From Candidatus Nomurabacteria bacterium (GTDB lineage: Bacteria; Patescibacteriota; Minisyncoccia; Phycocordibacterales; SBAW01): 64,000 nt of DNA. The notes beneath the pieces were generated by a model. It searched no databases and was not told where the DNA came from. It saw only the letters and a program-made list of their open reading frames with translations. The position numbers and the translations under genes were made by a program. Below are positions 1-9,045 of the stretch, piece after piece (the stretch's first letter is position 1; each line of letters begins with the position of its first letter). The stretch is taken from the NCBI GenBank assembly GCA_943356495.1, contig CALRFF010000003.1:551-64550 (forward strand). The letters are read 5' to 3'.

Positions 1-2
1 AC

Positions 3-510
3 CATACCTCCAACACCTCTGCACCCGAGACAGACTATCTCTTGCTCGACTCAACGGCCGCCACTGCAGACGACGACACGTACTGGAACGACACCAAGCC
101 GACTGCATCTGTCTTCTCCGTCAAGTCTGCCACTGCCGTCAACGCCTCCGGCGCCACCTACGTCGCATACCTCTTCGCCTCCACCACGGGCTTCTCCTCA
201 TTCGGCTCCTACACGGGTAACGGCAGTGCCGACGGGCCCTTTGTCTACACTGGTTTTAAACCTCGCTTTGTGCTTGCTAAGCGGACCGACTCAACAGGTG
301 ACTGGTTTATGATCGACTCTGCGCGGACTACCACTACTAACCCCATAATTCCGACTGTGTGGGCCGATTTGGCGGATGCGGAGCAACTCAGCACCGCTCA
401 GGCTGACTTTAATGCAAACGGTTTTAAGCTCCGTTCCACCGGAGGCATAAATACCAGCACAGCAACCTATATCTACGCCGCATTCGCCGACGTGCCGTTC
501 AAATATTCCT
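3..510 (+). repeat. Intragenic domain repeat, copy 1 (copy 2 about 3130-3635)
   Basis: HTSNTSAPETDYLLLDSTAATADDDTYWNDTKPT...GFKPRF...PFKYS occurs twice; many differences in the first half are synonymous. Confidence 0.85.
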
Positions 511-3500
511 CCGCAATCTCCGACGTCGGCGCGCTCTCCATCGCCAACTCCGCGCGGTTCATCTCGGGCAACAGCGATTATTTGAGCAAGACACCCGGAA
601 GTGCAAGCAACCGCAAAACCTGGACTTTTTCAACCTGGGTGAAACGAGCTGAGCTTGGCGCATATCAAAATATCTTTCAGATAGGAACAGCGGGTTCAGA
701 TTCGACGACATTCAATTTTCGTTTCGACTCCTCCGACCGTCTCGATATTGGAGGTGGCGCGACCACGTGGCGCGTTACGAGTGCGGTGTACCGCGATCCC
801 GCCGCTTGGCTTCATCTAGTGTTGGTAATGGATACGACCCAAGCGACTGCCGCCGACCGAATAAAACTGTATGTGAACGGCTCGCAGGTAACGGCGTTTG
901 GCACAAACGCTAATCCGACGCAAAATGCCGATCTCGCCGTCAATAACAACGCACTGCACGCAATTGGTAGGCACAATGACCCCACACAGTATCTCAACGG
1001 ATATCTATCGGATGCTCACTTGATAGACGGCGCGGCGTTGGCGCCGACATGCTTTGGCGAGACAGACGCTAATGGATATTGGAGGCCGAAGACCTACAGC
1101 ACCGCGTCGCCCTGCGCGGCATACGGCACCAACGGATTCAAGCTCTCGTTCGGCACGGGGAGTGCGCTCGGCACCGACACTTCCGGCAACGGCAACACGT
1201 GGACAGTCAACGGTCTTACCTCGGTCGACCAAGTTATCGACACACCCACTAATAGCTTCCCTACATTGAGCCCTATCGGTAATGTGGTTGCAGCGACGAG
1301 CCGCAGTACTCTGGCGAACGGCAATCTGAAAGCATCATCGGGTGCCGCGGTAAACGGATTACTCGCTACGCAAGAGTTCCCCACAACCGGCAAATGGTAC
1401 TCAGAGATAACACTGAATACCGCGCCGCCCTATCCATCACTCGGCCTAGCAATTTCTCAAACTGCCAACCAGCAGTACATAGATGCGGGTGTATATCTTA
1501 ATAGCTCTACGGGCATTTGGTACAACTCACAAAGTGCCACCGGACCGGCTACGAGCGATGCCGTAGGATTGGGCACATGGTCGAGCGGCGACGTGCTGAA
1601 CATCGCCTACGATGCGGACAATGGCAAGATATGGTTTGGCAGGAATGCCACCTATTACAACTCGGGAGATCCCGCCGCCGGCACTAATGCTACTTTTTCC
1701 GGTTCTGTTGTCGGTAGTAACAGATGGCAAGTCGGTGTCGGGACATATACCGGAGATTTGACCGTCAACTTCGGCCAGGGAGGTTTGGCCAGCCTGACCT
1801 ACGACTCCGCAGCGGGTGGCTACTTTAAATACACCCCACCCTCGGGCTACAAAGCCCTCTCGACCGCCAACATGGCGACACCCACCGTGACGGTGCCTAA
1901 AAATTATTTTGATGCCGTTACTTATCTCGGCACAGGCGCTGCAGAGACAGTCAAGGCATATGCGGTAACAGAAACATTTTATTACACGGGTGCGGACCAA
2001 ACATGGACAGTCCCAACAGGAGTCACCTCAATACGCGTAAAAGCGTGGGGTGCGGCAGGAGGCTCAACATCGCAAACGGGGGCTAACGCGGACTATGCAG
2101 GCGCGGGCGCGTATGTGACCGGAGAGATAAGTGTAACTGCAGGACAAACCTTAAAGTTGGTAGTAGGGCAGGGCGGTTCGCCCCGTGCAACCTCGGGGGG
2201 GCAGACGTATGGTGGTGGTGGCGGCGCCGGTACAAACAATGGGGTGTCGCCGGGCACGGGCGGGGGATATTCTGGCATATTTCTTACCTCGGTAAGCCAA
2301 GGCAATGCACTCGCCGTCGCGGGCGGCGGCGGCGGGTCTGCCAACACGAGCGACGCCGCTCAGTCTGGCGGAGCCGGAGGAGCCACGACCGGCTCGACAG
2401 GCACAGGGCCCGGCGGTACGGGTGGTACTACCTCGGCAGGTGGTACGGCCGGCACCGCAGGCTCAGGCCAAACCAACGGCTCGGCTCTTACCGGCGGCGA
2501 CGGCGCAACGCTCAACGGCGGCGGCGGCGGCGGCGGATACTATGGCGGCGGCGGCGGCGGGCAAACGACATCCGGCGGCGGCGGTTCAAGCTACCTTGGC
2601 ACCATGACAAATGCGTCAACAACCGCGAGTTCGGATGGTCATACTGCACCAAAAAAATCTGATCCCAATTATCCTAGTGGTGGAGTTGGCGAGGCTGATA
2701 CCACAGGAAATGTATCGGGTGGAAGCGGGCATATTGTCATTAGTTACAATATAAGCAACGTCACCGGCTTTACCCCCGACATCGTGTGGATTAAAGACCG
2801 TACGAGTGCGAATGCGCACGGGATTTTTTCCACTTCAACAACGCTGTATCCAGCGTGGGCGAGCAACGGCTCTGCGGCCGAAGGGGGCGGCACTACTGCC
2901 TTGCTCTCGTTTTTGAGTAACGGCTTTAGTCTCGGTGCATCTACCACGGTTAACACCAGCGGCGACAGTTATGTAGCCTGGATGTGGAAGGAGAGTGCAA
3001 CCGCCGGTTTTGACATCGTTACCTACACGGGCACGGGCGCCGCACAAACTATCGCCCACAGCTTGGGCAAAGCGCCTGACTTTATTATCGTCAAGCGCCG
3101 CGACGGCGCCGGCAGCCCGGCGGTGTATCACACCTCCAACACCTCGGCACCTGAGACCGACTACCTTTTGCTTGACTCGACTGCCGCCACCGCCGACGAT
3201 GATACTTACTGGAACGATACTAAACCGACTACGTCGGTGTTTAGCGTCAAGTCCAACACCAACACTAATTCCTCGGGCGCTACCTACGTGGCGTATCTCT
3301 TTGCCTCTACCACCGGCTTTTCCAACTTCGGCACTTATATAGGCAACGGCTCCGCCGACGGGCCGTTTGTGTATACGGGCTTCAAACCGCGTTTCCTGAT
3401 GTGGAAGCGAGTAAACAGCACAGGCTCATGGGGTGTCTATGATACGGTCCGTTCCACGTACAATCCGGCAACCGCAGGACTTCTTTTTGAGGAGAAGGGA

Positions 3501-3704
3501 GCAGAATTTTCCTACGATGCTTTTGATGTCCTCTCCAATGGATTCAAAGTACGTGCTGCAGGAGCAGGCACAAACGCGAGTAGCGATACACATATCTACT
3601 TTGCGTTTGCTGAACAACCGTTCAAATACTCCGCCGCTTCCGCATCCTCGGCAGCCTCCACTTTCGTCCAAGCAGTCGCCTTCCTCCTCGGCATGACGTT
3701 CTAA
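3..3704 (+). CDS. C-terminal part of a giant repetitive surface/tail-fibre-like protein (LamG/ConA-like, SPRY-like and Gly-rich domains); 5' end outside window
   Basis: Frame is open from position 3 (HTSNTSAPETDYLLL...). LamG-like WTFSTWVKR...WLHLVLV...KLYVNG; SPRY-like GKWYSEIT...GDVLNIAYDADNGKIWFG; Gly-rich GGGGGY block; repeated GFKPRF module. Confidence 0.8.
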   Translation, partial: HTSNTSAPETDYLLLDSTAATADDDTYWNDTKPTASVFSVKSATAVNASGATYVAYLFASTTGFSSFGSYTGNGSADGPFVYTGFKPRFVLAKRTDSTGDWFMIDSARTTTTNPIIPTVWADLADAEQLSTAQADFNANGFKLRSTGGINTSTATYIYAAFADVPFKYSSAISDVGALSIANSARFISGNSDYLSKTPGSASNRKTWTFSTWVKRAELGAYQNIFQIGTAGSDSTTFNFRFDSSDRLDIGGGATTWRVTSAVYRDPAAWLHLVLVMDTTQATAADRIKLYVNGSQVTAFGTNANPTQNADLAVNNNALHAIGRHNDPTQYLNGYLSDAHLIDGAALAPTCFGETDANGYWRPKTYSTASPCAAYGTNGFKLSFGTGSALGTDTSGNGNTWTVNGLTSVDQVIDTPTNSFPTLSPIGNVVAATSRSTLANGNLKASSGAAVNGLLATQEFPTTGKWYSEITLNTAPPYPSLGLAISQTANQQYIDAGVYLNSSTGIWYNSQSATGPATSDAVGLGTWSSGDVLNIAYDADNGKIWFGRNATYYNSGDPAAGTNATFSGSVVGSNRWQVGVGTYTGDLTVNFGQGGLASLTYDSAAGGYFKYTPPSGYKALSTANMATPTVTVPKNYFDAVTYLGTGAAETVKAYAVTETFYYTGADQTWTVPTGVTSIRVKAWGAAGGSTSQTGANADYAGAGAYVTGEISVTAGQTLKLVVGQGGSPRATSGGQTYGGGGGAGTNNGVSPGTGGGYSGIFLTSVSQGNALAVAGGGGGSANTSDAAQSGGAGGATTGSTGTGPGGTGGTTSAGGTAGTAGSGQTNGSALTGGDGATLNGGGGGGGYYGGGGGGQTTSGGGGSSYLGTMTNASTTASSDGHTAPKKSDPNYPSGGVGEADTTGNVSGGSGHIVISYNISNVTGFTPDIVWIKDRTSANAHGIFSTSTTLYPAWASNGSAAEGGGTTALLSFLSNGFSLGASTTVNTSGDSYVAWMWKESATAGFDIVTYTGTGAAQTIAHSLGKAPDFIIVKRRDGAGSPAVYHTSNTSAPETDYLLLDSTAATADDDTYWNDTKPTTSVFSVKSNTNTNSSGATYVAYLFASTTGFSNFGTYIGNGSADGPFVYTGFKPRFLMWKRVNSTGSWGVYDTVRSTYNPATAGLLFEEKGAEFSYDAFDVLSNGFKVRAAGAGTNASSDTHIYFAFAEQPFKYSAASASSAASTFVQAVAFLLGMTF

Positions 3705-3720
3705 AGATAGTTAAAACACA

Positions 3721-3798
3721 AGTTAGTAGTGAGTAGTTTGTAGTCAAAAAAGAAAATCCAAAACTAGTACACTACTAACTACGCACTATCAACTAACT
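3721..3798. repeat. 7-nt repeat arrays in inverted orientation upstream of the four-helix-bundle gene
   Basis: agttagt-agtgagt-agtttgt-agt (3721-3744) and actacta-actacgc-actatca-actaact (3771-3798). Perfect 11-bp inverted repeat 3721-3731 / 3770-3780. Confidence 0.85.
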
Positions 3799-3801
3799 TC
3801 T

Positions 3802-4179
3802 ATGTCAAATTTCAGAGAACTAAAAGTATGGCAACGGGGGATAGAATTAGCAAAAGAAATATATAAAACTACCCACGCAATGCCCTCGTCGGAAACTTTT
3901 GCCTTACAGGGGCAGATGCGCAGAGCTGCTGTTTCTATCTCTTCTAATATTGCAGAAGGCTCTAAGCGCAGTACTCGGAAAGACTTTGTCCATTTTCTGC
4001 ATGTGGCAGATGGTTCGGCTGCCGAATTAGAAACACAGATCATCATCGCGAAAGACTCCTATCCTAAGCTCGATTTTTCACGGGCTGATGCTTTACTCGA
4101 CGAGGTCCAAAAAATGCTCTTGGCTATGAGGCGCTCTCTGAGTCCTACTACAAACTACAAACTACCGACTCCCCACTAG
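3802..4179 (+). CDS. Four-helix-bundle protein (23S rRNA IVS protein / bAvd-like family)
   Basis: FRELKVWQ...QMRRAAVSISSNIAEG..R...F..FL..A.GS..ELETQ family signature; AT-richer than its neighbours. Confidence 0.9.
   Translation: MSNFRELKVWQRGIELAKEIYKTTHAMPSSETFALQGQMRRAAVSISSNIAEGSKRSTRKDFVHFLHVADGSAAELETQIIIAKDSYPKLDFSRADALLDEVQKMLLAMRRSLSPTTNYKLPTPH
4147..4179 (+). repeat. Heptamer array forming the 3' end of the four-helix-bundle gene
   Basis: actacaa-actacaa-actaccg-actcccc-actag; the stop codon lies in the last unit. Confidence 0.85.
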
Positions 4180-4183
4180 CTAT

Positions 4184-4969
4184 ATGCCTCCGAAAATTGA
4201 AAATAAAAATTTGGATGCTGTACAAGATTTGCTTGTACAATCGAGTATGCAGATGGTGCAGCCGCCGGTTGTGAGTAACGACCAAGCGGCTAGTGTGCTA
4301 GTGGGTAGCGGAACTATAAACTCCTCACTACCAACTACCAACTACCAACTACAAACTCCGGTTGTTGCTGCACCTCCGCCGGTCGCCCCGACTCCGCCGC
4401 CTCCTACACCTATCTATACACAAGTTGCCCAGCCGGTTGCCGTTGTGCAACCAACACCGGTTACTGTTGCGCCACCGGTTGCGCACTCCAGACTACGGCC
4501 GTTGCTTGGCCCCGCACTGTTTTTATTCGGGGTCGCGCTGGTGGCCTACTCGGTGCGGTTGGGGAGCATCACCGGAGGCTCGATGGAACCTACCTTGCAC
4601 GAAGGCCAACACTTGGTTATCGATGCGCTCACGTGGCGCTTTACCGGTGTGCATCGCGGCGATGTGTTGGTGTTTACCAACCCGCACGACCGCACAACGG
4701 TCGAGGTAAAGCGCGTGATAGGCCTGCCGGGAGAGTCGGTACTTATCGAGGGCGGTACTATCGGGGTGACGCCGCTTGGCGGACGGTACGAGGAGTTTCC
4801 GCAGGGGACCGACATAGGCGGGCATGGCGATATAGCCAACTTTACTATCCAGCTCGGGGTAGAGGACTTTTTTGTCCTCGGCGACAACCGCCCCAAAAGC
4901 ACCGACTCCCGCGACTTTGGCGGGGTGCAGGCGGTCGACATTATCGGGCGGGTAATAGCTAGTTTTTAG
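4184..4969 (+). CDS. lepB: Signal peptidase I with Pro-rich low-complexity N-terminal extension
   Basis: TM helix, then GGSMEPTL (catalytic Ser), VKRVIG (catalytic Lys), GDNR..STDSR.FG. Confidence 0.9.
   Translation: MPPKIENKNLDAVQDLLVQSSMQMVQPPVVSNDQAASVLVGSGTINSSLPTTNYQLQTPVVAAPPPVAPTPPPPTPIYTQVAQPVAVVQPTPVTVAPPVAHSRLRPLLGPALFLFGVALVAYSVRLGSITGGSMEPTLHEGQHLVIDALTWRFTGVHRGDVLVFTNPHDRTTVEVKRVIGLPGESVLIEGGTIGVTPLGGRYEEFPQGTDIGGHGDIANFTIQLGVEDFFVLGDNRPKSTDSRDFGGVQAVDIIGRVIASF
4273..4361 (+). repeat. Segment duplicated at 5576-5650, containing a heptamer array
   Basis: 4273-4340 vs 5576-5643 is 61/68 nt identical by hand alignment; seven ACTnnnn units at 4313-4361. Confidence 0.9.
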
Positions 4970-5039
4970 TTAGTAGTGGGTAGGGTAAATCAAGTTATAA
5001 TTACTCTATCCGGAACTACCAACTACAAACTACAAACTC
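4961..5039. repeat. Inverted heptamer arrays spanning the lepB stop and the next start
   Basis: agttttt-agttagt-agtgggt (4961-4981); actacca-actacaa-actacaa-actc(ATG) (5015-5039). Confidence 0.85.
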
Positions 5040-6233
5040 ATGCAACAAATTCTTAACTTTTTCAAATACAACAACGCGTTCCCTATTATGCTCGGGGTTA
5101 TATTCCTCGGCTCGGGGGCGGCGTTTGCCGCGGTTGACCCCGAGGCGGTGTACTCGGCCCAGCAGGAAGTTATTTCGGTAGACAACACCTACATTGCGGG
5201 CAAAGACTTTACGCTGTGGACGCCGCGCATACTTATCAATGAGGTGACCGAAGACGCCGACAACTATTACGTCGCCTATGCACTTACCACTATCGATGTG
5301 GTTGACTACGCGTGGCGCGATGCCGCAAAAAATAATGTCATGACCGTTTCCAAGGCCGACCTCGGCGTGCGCGACTTGGGAGTGTACGTTACCGGCCAGT
5401 TCCGCAACATTATCCAGAACGAGCTCGCGTACTTGACCGAAGTGCAGACCAACGCTAAAAAAGCGATTTCCCAAAAAATAGTAGCAACCACCTACGGCGG
5501 GCTTATCGGCAAGTTCCTCGACTCGACCACCGAAACACTGCCGGGGTATGTGCCGGTAGTACAACCGCCAACAGCGAGTAACGACCAAGCAGCTAGTGTG
5601 CTAGCGGGTAGCCAAACTACTAACTCCTCACTACCCACTACCAACTCCGGTGGTTCTTCTAACTTGATGTCGTTGCAGGTGCTCGGCAACAACCCCGCGC
5701 GCGTGGCGGTGGGCGGCGGTTACCTCGACCTCGGGGTCTTGTCGGTCAACCCGACCAACCCCAACATCGGGTACCATGCGTTTGTAAACGGCATACCAAG
5801 CGACCCGCCAAGTATTGATACCTCGACCACCAGCGCGCATGTTATTGAGTATCGCGCCACTGACCAGGCGGGTAATCACTTAAAGGTGGTGCGTATTGTG
5901 TTGGTGGGCGACGCACCCGACCCGGGCGGCGCGATAAACAAAGCAGGCAATGTGCCGACGATTGTACAAGGGGAGATAAAACCGCCCGAGCCCGAGCCGG
6001 CACCTGCGCCCGCTCCCACAAGTGCTCCCGCCGCTGCTCCTGTAGAAACGCCGGCAGCGACCACAACCGAACCTGCTCCCGAGCCGGAGCCCGCTCCTGC
6101 TCCGGCGGCCGAAGAGCCGGCGCCTACGCCCGCACCCGTGGTTGAAGAACCTGCCCCTGTCGCACCCGTCGAAACTCCGCCGGCTCCTGCAGAGACACCT
6201 CCCGCCGAAGCAACAGCGACCACCACTCCGTAA
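5040..6233 (+). CDS. Secreted/membrane-anchored protein with Ig-like (DUF5011-like) domain and Pro/Ala/Glu-rich tail
   Basis: N-terminal hydrophobic helix; L.VLGNNPARVAVG..Y.D.G...IDTS....IEY.ATD.AGN...R.V.V; PAPEPAP tail. Confidence 0.75.
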   Translation: MQQILNFFKYNNAFPIMLGVIFLGSGAAFAAVDPEAVYSAQQEVISVDNTYIAGKDFTLWTPRILINEVTEDADNYYVAYALTTIDVVDYAWRDAAKNNVMTVSKADLGVRDLGVYVTGQFRNIIQNELAYLTEVQTNAKKAISQKIVATTYGGLIGKFLDSTTETLPGYVPVVQPPTASNDQAASVLAGSQTTNSSLPTTNSGGSSNLMSLQVLGNNPARVAVGGGYLDLGVLSVNPTNPNIGYHAFVNGIPSDPPSIDTSTTSAHVIEYRATDQAGNHLKVVRIVLVGDAPDPGGAINKAGNVPTIVQGEIKPPEPEPAPAPAPTSAPAAAPVETPAATTTEPAPEPEPAPAPAAEEPAPTPAPVVEEPAPVAPVETPPAPAETPPAEATATTTP

Positions 6234-6415
6234 TGAAAAAATATATCCGCAACCTAAGCGCGCGCGAGCTCCGCAACTTGGCGTGGGTGTGCGTAGGGAC
6301 AGCGGTGCTTATAGGTATGGCGTTGGTATTGTCGGGGAGCATCCCGTTGCCGCAGGGCTTTTCCAAACCGCGTTTGTACGAAGAGCCGAAGCCGTGGGTC
6401 ATGGAGTTGCCGTAA
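6233..6415 (+). CDS. Small single-TM hypothetical protein
   Basis: TAATG stop/start overlap with upstream gene; one hydrophobic helix. Confidence 0.55.
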   Translation: MKKYIRNLSARELRNLAWVCVGTAVLIGMALVLSGSIPLPQGFSKPRLYEEPKPWVMELP

Positions 6416-6444
6416 GCGCAAAATTTTCGTAGTAGAATAATGGC

Positions 6445-6843
6445 ATGAGCGTCTTGCGCATAGCGTTAGTGCTGCTGGCAATTGTTGTAGCCGTGTTCGG
6501 ATTTGCAATAGTGCGGCGCTTTTTTATACCGGGGACCACACCGCTCTTGTCTGAAGAGCGGACCGCTGTGTTCGGCACTCTTATCGAAAAGACTGCCGAG
6601 GCTTTTAGTATCGAGTTACAAGACGGGTCGGTACGTACGATATATATAAGTACAAGCACAAACTTTCTGGCGGCTCCGGTGCCTCTTGCGTACGACGGCG
6701 TTGTCGTCGGCGCTCAGGTGGGTGTCAGCGCCATAGAGGGGGCAAACGGATCACTCGACGCCCGCTCGGTACAAGTCCTCCCGCCCCGCCCCGCACCTTC
6801 CGCCACCTCTTCACCCGCAGCCACTACTACAGTGCAACAATAG
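6445..6843 (+). CDS. Membrane-anchored hypothetical protein (DUF5666-like OB fold possible)
   Basis: N-terminal TM; VG..V.V....GANGSLDARSVQV; TAGAAT 6 nt upstream of ATG. Confidence 0.65.
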   Translation: MSVLRIALVLLAIVVAVFGFAIVRRFFIPGTTPLLSEERTAVFGTLIEKTAEAFSIELQDGSVRTIYISTSTNFLAAPVPLAYDGVVVGAQVGVSAIEGANGSLDARSVQVLPPRPAPSATSSPAATTTVQQ

Positions 6844-6847
6844 CTAT

Positions 6848-7876
6848 ATGTCAGTACGCGTCGCTATCAACGGTTTCGGGCGCATCGGGAGATGCTTTTT
6901 GCGCGCGGCCATACACGACCCCGAGATAGACATTGTGGCTATTAACGACCTTGGTGATATCGAAAACTTGGCGTACTTGTTGCGTCACGACAGCGTGTAC
7001 CGCGACTTTGCGGGGCAAGTGTCGGTCGAGCCCGGCGTGTTGGTGGTGGGGGCCAAACGCATTAAGGTACTGAACGAAAAAGATCCTACAAAGCTCCCGT
7101 GGGGCGCGCTTACCGTGGGTGTGGTGGTGGAGTCTACCGGTCTCTTTACCGATTTTGAAAAGGCGCAGGTACACTTGGCCGCCGGTGCCAAGCGCGTGGT
7201 TATCTCCGCCCCCGCGCACGGCGAACACGAAACCGGCGAACACCCGCTGGGCGCCACGGTGCTTATGGGTGTTAACGAAGAAAAGCTGCAGACCTGCCAG
7301 ATAACCTCCAACGCATCGTGCACCACCAACTCTGCCTCGCCGGTTATTGCGATACTCGACGAAGCGTTAGGGATAGAAAAAGCGCTGCTTAACACCACGC
7401 ACGCCTACACCGCCAGCCAGCGCATTGTCGACAGCCCGAGCGCTAAAGACTTTCGCGAGGGGCGCGCAGGCGCACAAAACATTATTCCGTCCTCGACCGG
7501 CGCGGCTATTGCGGTTACCAAAGCATACCCGCAGCTCGCTAACAAGTTTGACGGTATTAGTTTGCGCGTGCCGGTGGTCGCGGGCTCAATAGCTGACATC
7601 ACCTTTATATCCAAGCGCGACACAACCGCGGAGGAGGTAAATAAAATTTTAGAAGACGCGGCCAAGCTGCCGCGGTGGCGGGGGATTTTTACCACGACGC
7701 GTGAGCCGCTGGTAAGCAGCGACATCATCGGCAACGAGCATGCCAGTATTGCCGACCTGCCGATGACGCGCGTCGTGGGCGGCAATTTGGTAAAAGTGCT
7801 GGCGTGGTACGACAACGAGGCAGGGTATACGCAGACCCTTTTGCGGCATGTAAAAGCCGCCGGAAGCCACGTATAA
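6848..7876 (+). CDS. gap: Type I glyceraldehyde-3-phosphate dehydrogenase
   Basis: INGFGRIGR, SNASCTTN, WYDNE motifs. Confidence 0.97.
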   Translation: MSVRVAINGFGRIGRCFLRAAIHDPEIDIVAINDLGDIENLAYLLRHDSVYRDFAGQVSVEPGVLVVGAKRIKVLNEKDPTKLPWGALTVGVVVESTGLFTDFEKAQVHLAAGAKRVVISAPAHGEHETGEHPLGATVLMGVNEEKLQTCQITSNASCTTNSASPVIAILDEALGIEKALLNTTHAYTASQRIVDSPSAKDFREGRAGAQNIIPSSTGAAIAVTKAYPQLANKFDGISLRVPVVAGSIADITFISKRDTTAEEVNKILEDAAKLPRWRGIFTTTREPLVSSDIIGNEHASIADLPMTRVVGGNLVKVLAWYDNEAGYTQTLLRHVKAAGSHV

Positions 7877-7883
7877 TAGAGGA

Positions 7884-8339
7884 GTGAAAATCTTCATCGG
7901 TGCCGACCACGGCGGGTACGCGTTAAAGAATATTCTATATAAACAGCTGGTGGCTAAAGGCCACTCGGTTACCGATTGCGGGCCGCAGGTGCTAAACCCA
8001 GAGGACGACTACCCCGACTATGCCCGCAAGGTAGCCGAGGGTGTTGCTAAAAACGCGGGCAGCCGCGGGGTACTGCTGTGCCGTTCGGGGTTGGGGGTGG
8101 GCGTCGTTGCCAACAAGGTGCGCGGGGTACGCGCGGGGCTTGGGCTCAGCGCCAACGCGGTTATGCACGGCCGCGTTAATGACGACCTAAACGTATTGAC
8201 GCTTGCGGCCGATGCGATAACCGAGCACGACGCGGAAGCGTTTGTAGAATTGTTTTTGATTACGCCGTTCGGCGGCGAGGAGCGCAACGTCCGCCGCCTG
8301 CAAAAAATAGCCGACCTCGAGGCGCAGAATTTTAAATAG
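7884..8339 (+). CDS. rpiB: Ribose-5-phosphate isomerase B
   Basis: IGADHGG, DDYPD, LCRSG.G...ANK..GVRA, R..RR..KI. Confidence 0.95.
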   Translation: MKIFIGADHGGYALKNILYKQLVAKGHSVTDCGPQVLNPEDDYPDYARKVAEGVAKNAGSRGVLLCRSGLGVGVVANKVRGVRAGLGLSANAVMHGRVNDDLNVLTLAADAITEHDAEAFVELFLITPFGGEERNVRRLQKIADLEAQNFK

Positions 8340-8340
8340 T

Positions 8341-9045
8341 ATGAAGGCGCCTATAGAAATAATCCCCGCGGTACTGCCCAAGTCGTGGGACGACCTCGAG
8401 GCACATGTGGCGCGCATCCCCGGCATTACGCGGCATGTACAAATAGATGTCGTCGACGGCCATTTTGCCAAAGGTAAGACGTGGCCGTACAAAGACGGGG
8501 AAAAGTTTGCCATGGTAGTCCAGCAAGAACACGGCTTGCCGCACTGGGAGGAGCTGGATTTTGAGTTTGACTTGATGATTGCCGACCCCGCCGCCGAGGT
8601 GATGAAGTATGTGCACGCCGGGGCGTCGCGCATCATCATACATGCCGCCAGCAAGACAGCCCTGCCGGCGCTCCAACAGTTGATCGACCTTAACGAAGAC
8701 ACCGGGGCGTGGAGCGTGCAGGTGGGTCTTGCCGTAGGGTGCCAGCAAAACCTCGATGACCTTGAGCCGTTTGAGGGCCAGTACGACTTTGTGCAGGTAA
8801 TGGGCATAGAGCACATCGGTAAACAAGGCGAGCCCTTAAGTCAAAAGGCATTGTTTATGCTTGAGCGGTTGCGCCATCGCTACCCAAACCTGCCCTTGCA
8901 AGTAGACGGCGGGGTAAAACCGGAGAATGCCGCGGCACTGGTTGCCGCGGGGGCAACGCGGCTGGTTGCAGGTTCGGCTATTTTTGGCAGTGATGACGCA
9001 AGGGCAGCCTACCAGGCGCTGTATACTGTAGCTAATGCTCAGTGA
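8341..9045 (+). CDS. rpe: Ribulose-phosphate 3-epimerase
   Basis: QIDVVDGHF, VQVMG...G.QG, VDGGV, LVAGSAIF. Confidence 0.9.
   Translation: MKAPIEIIPAVLPKSWDDLEAHVARIPGITRHVQIDVVDGHFAKGKTWPYKDGEKFAMVVQQEHGLPHWEELDFEFDLMIADPAAEVMKYVHAGASRIIIHAASKTALPALQQLIDLNEDTGAWSVQVGLAVGCQQNLDDLEPFEGQYDFVQVMGIEHIGKQGEPLSQKALFMLERLRHRYPNLPLQVDGGVKPENAAALVAAGATRLVAGSAIFGSDDARAAYQALYTVANAQ

Noticed and set aside
3802-4179. 23S rRNA intervening sequence
   Set aside because: Flanks are protein-coding genes; no rRNA sequence is present.
3-5650. Diversity-generating retroelement (Avd-like gene plus repeat pairs)
   Set aside because: No reverse transcriptase in the window. Mismatches in both repeat pairs include many non-adenine and synonymous changes, so neither is a clean TR/VR pair. 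A remote DGR cannot be excluded.
3721-5650. CRISPR array or telomere-like repeat
   Set aside because: Units are 7 nt, degenerate, without spacers; no cas genes.
5985-6230. Pro/Ala/Glu repeats as a DNA repeat element
   Set aside because: Ordinary low-complexity protein linker with varied codons.
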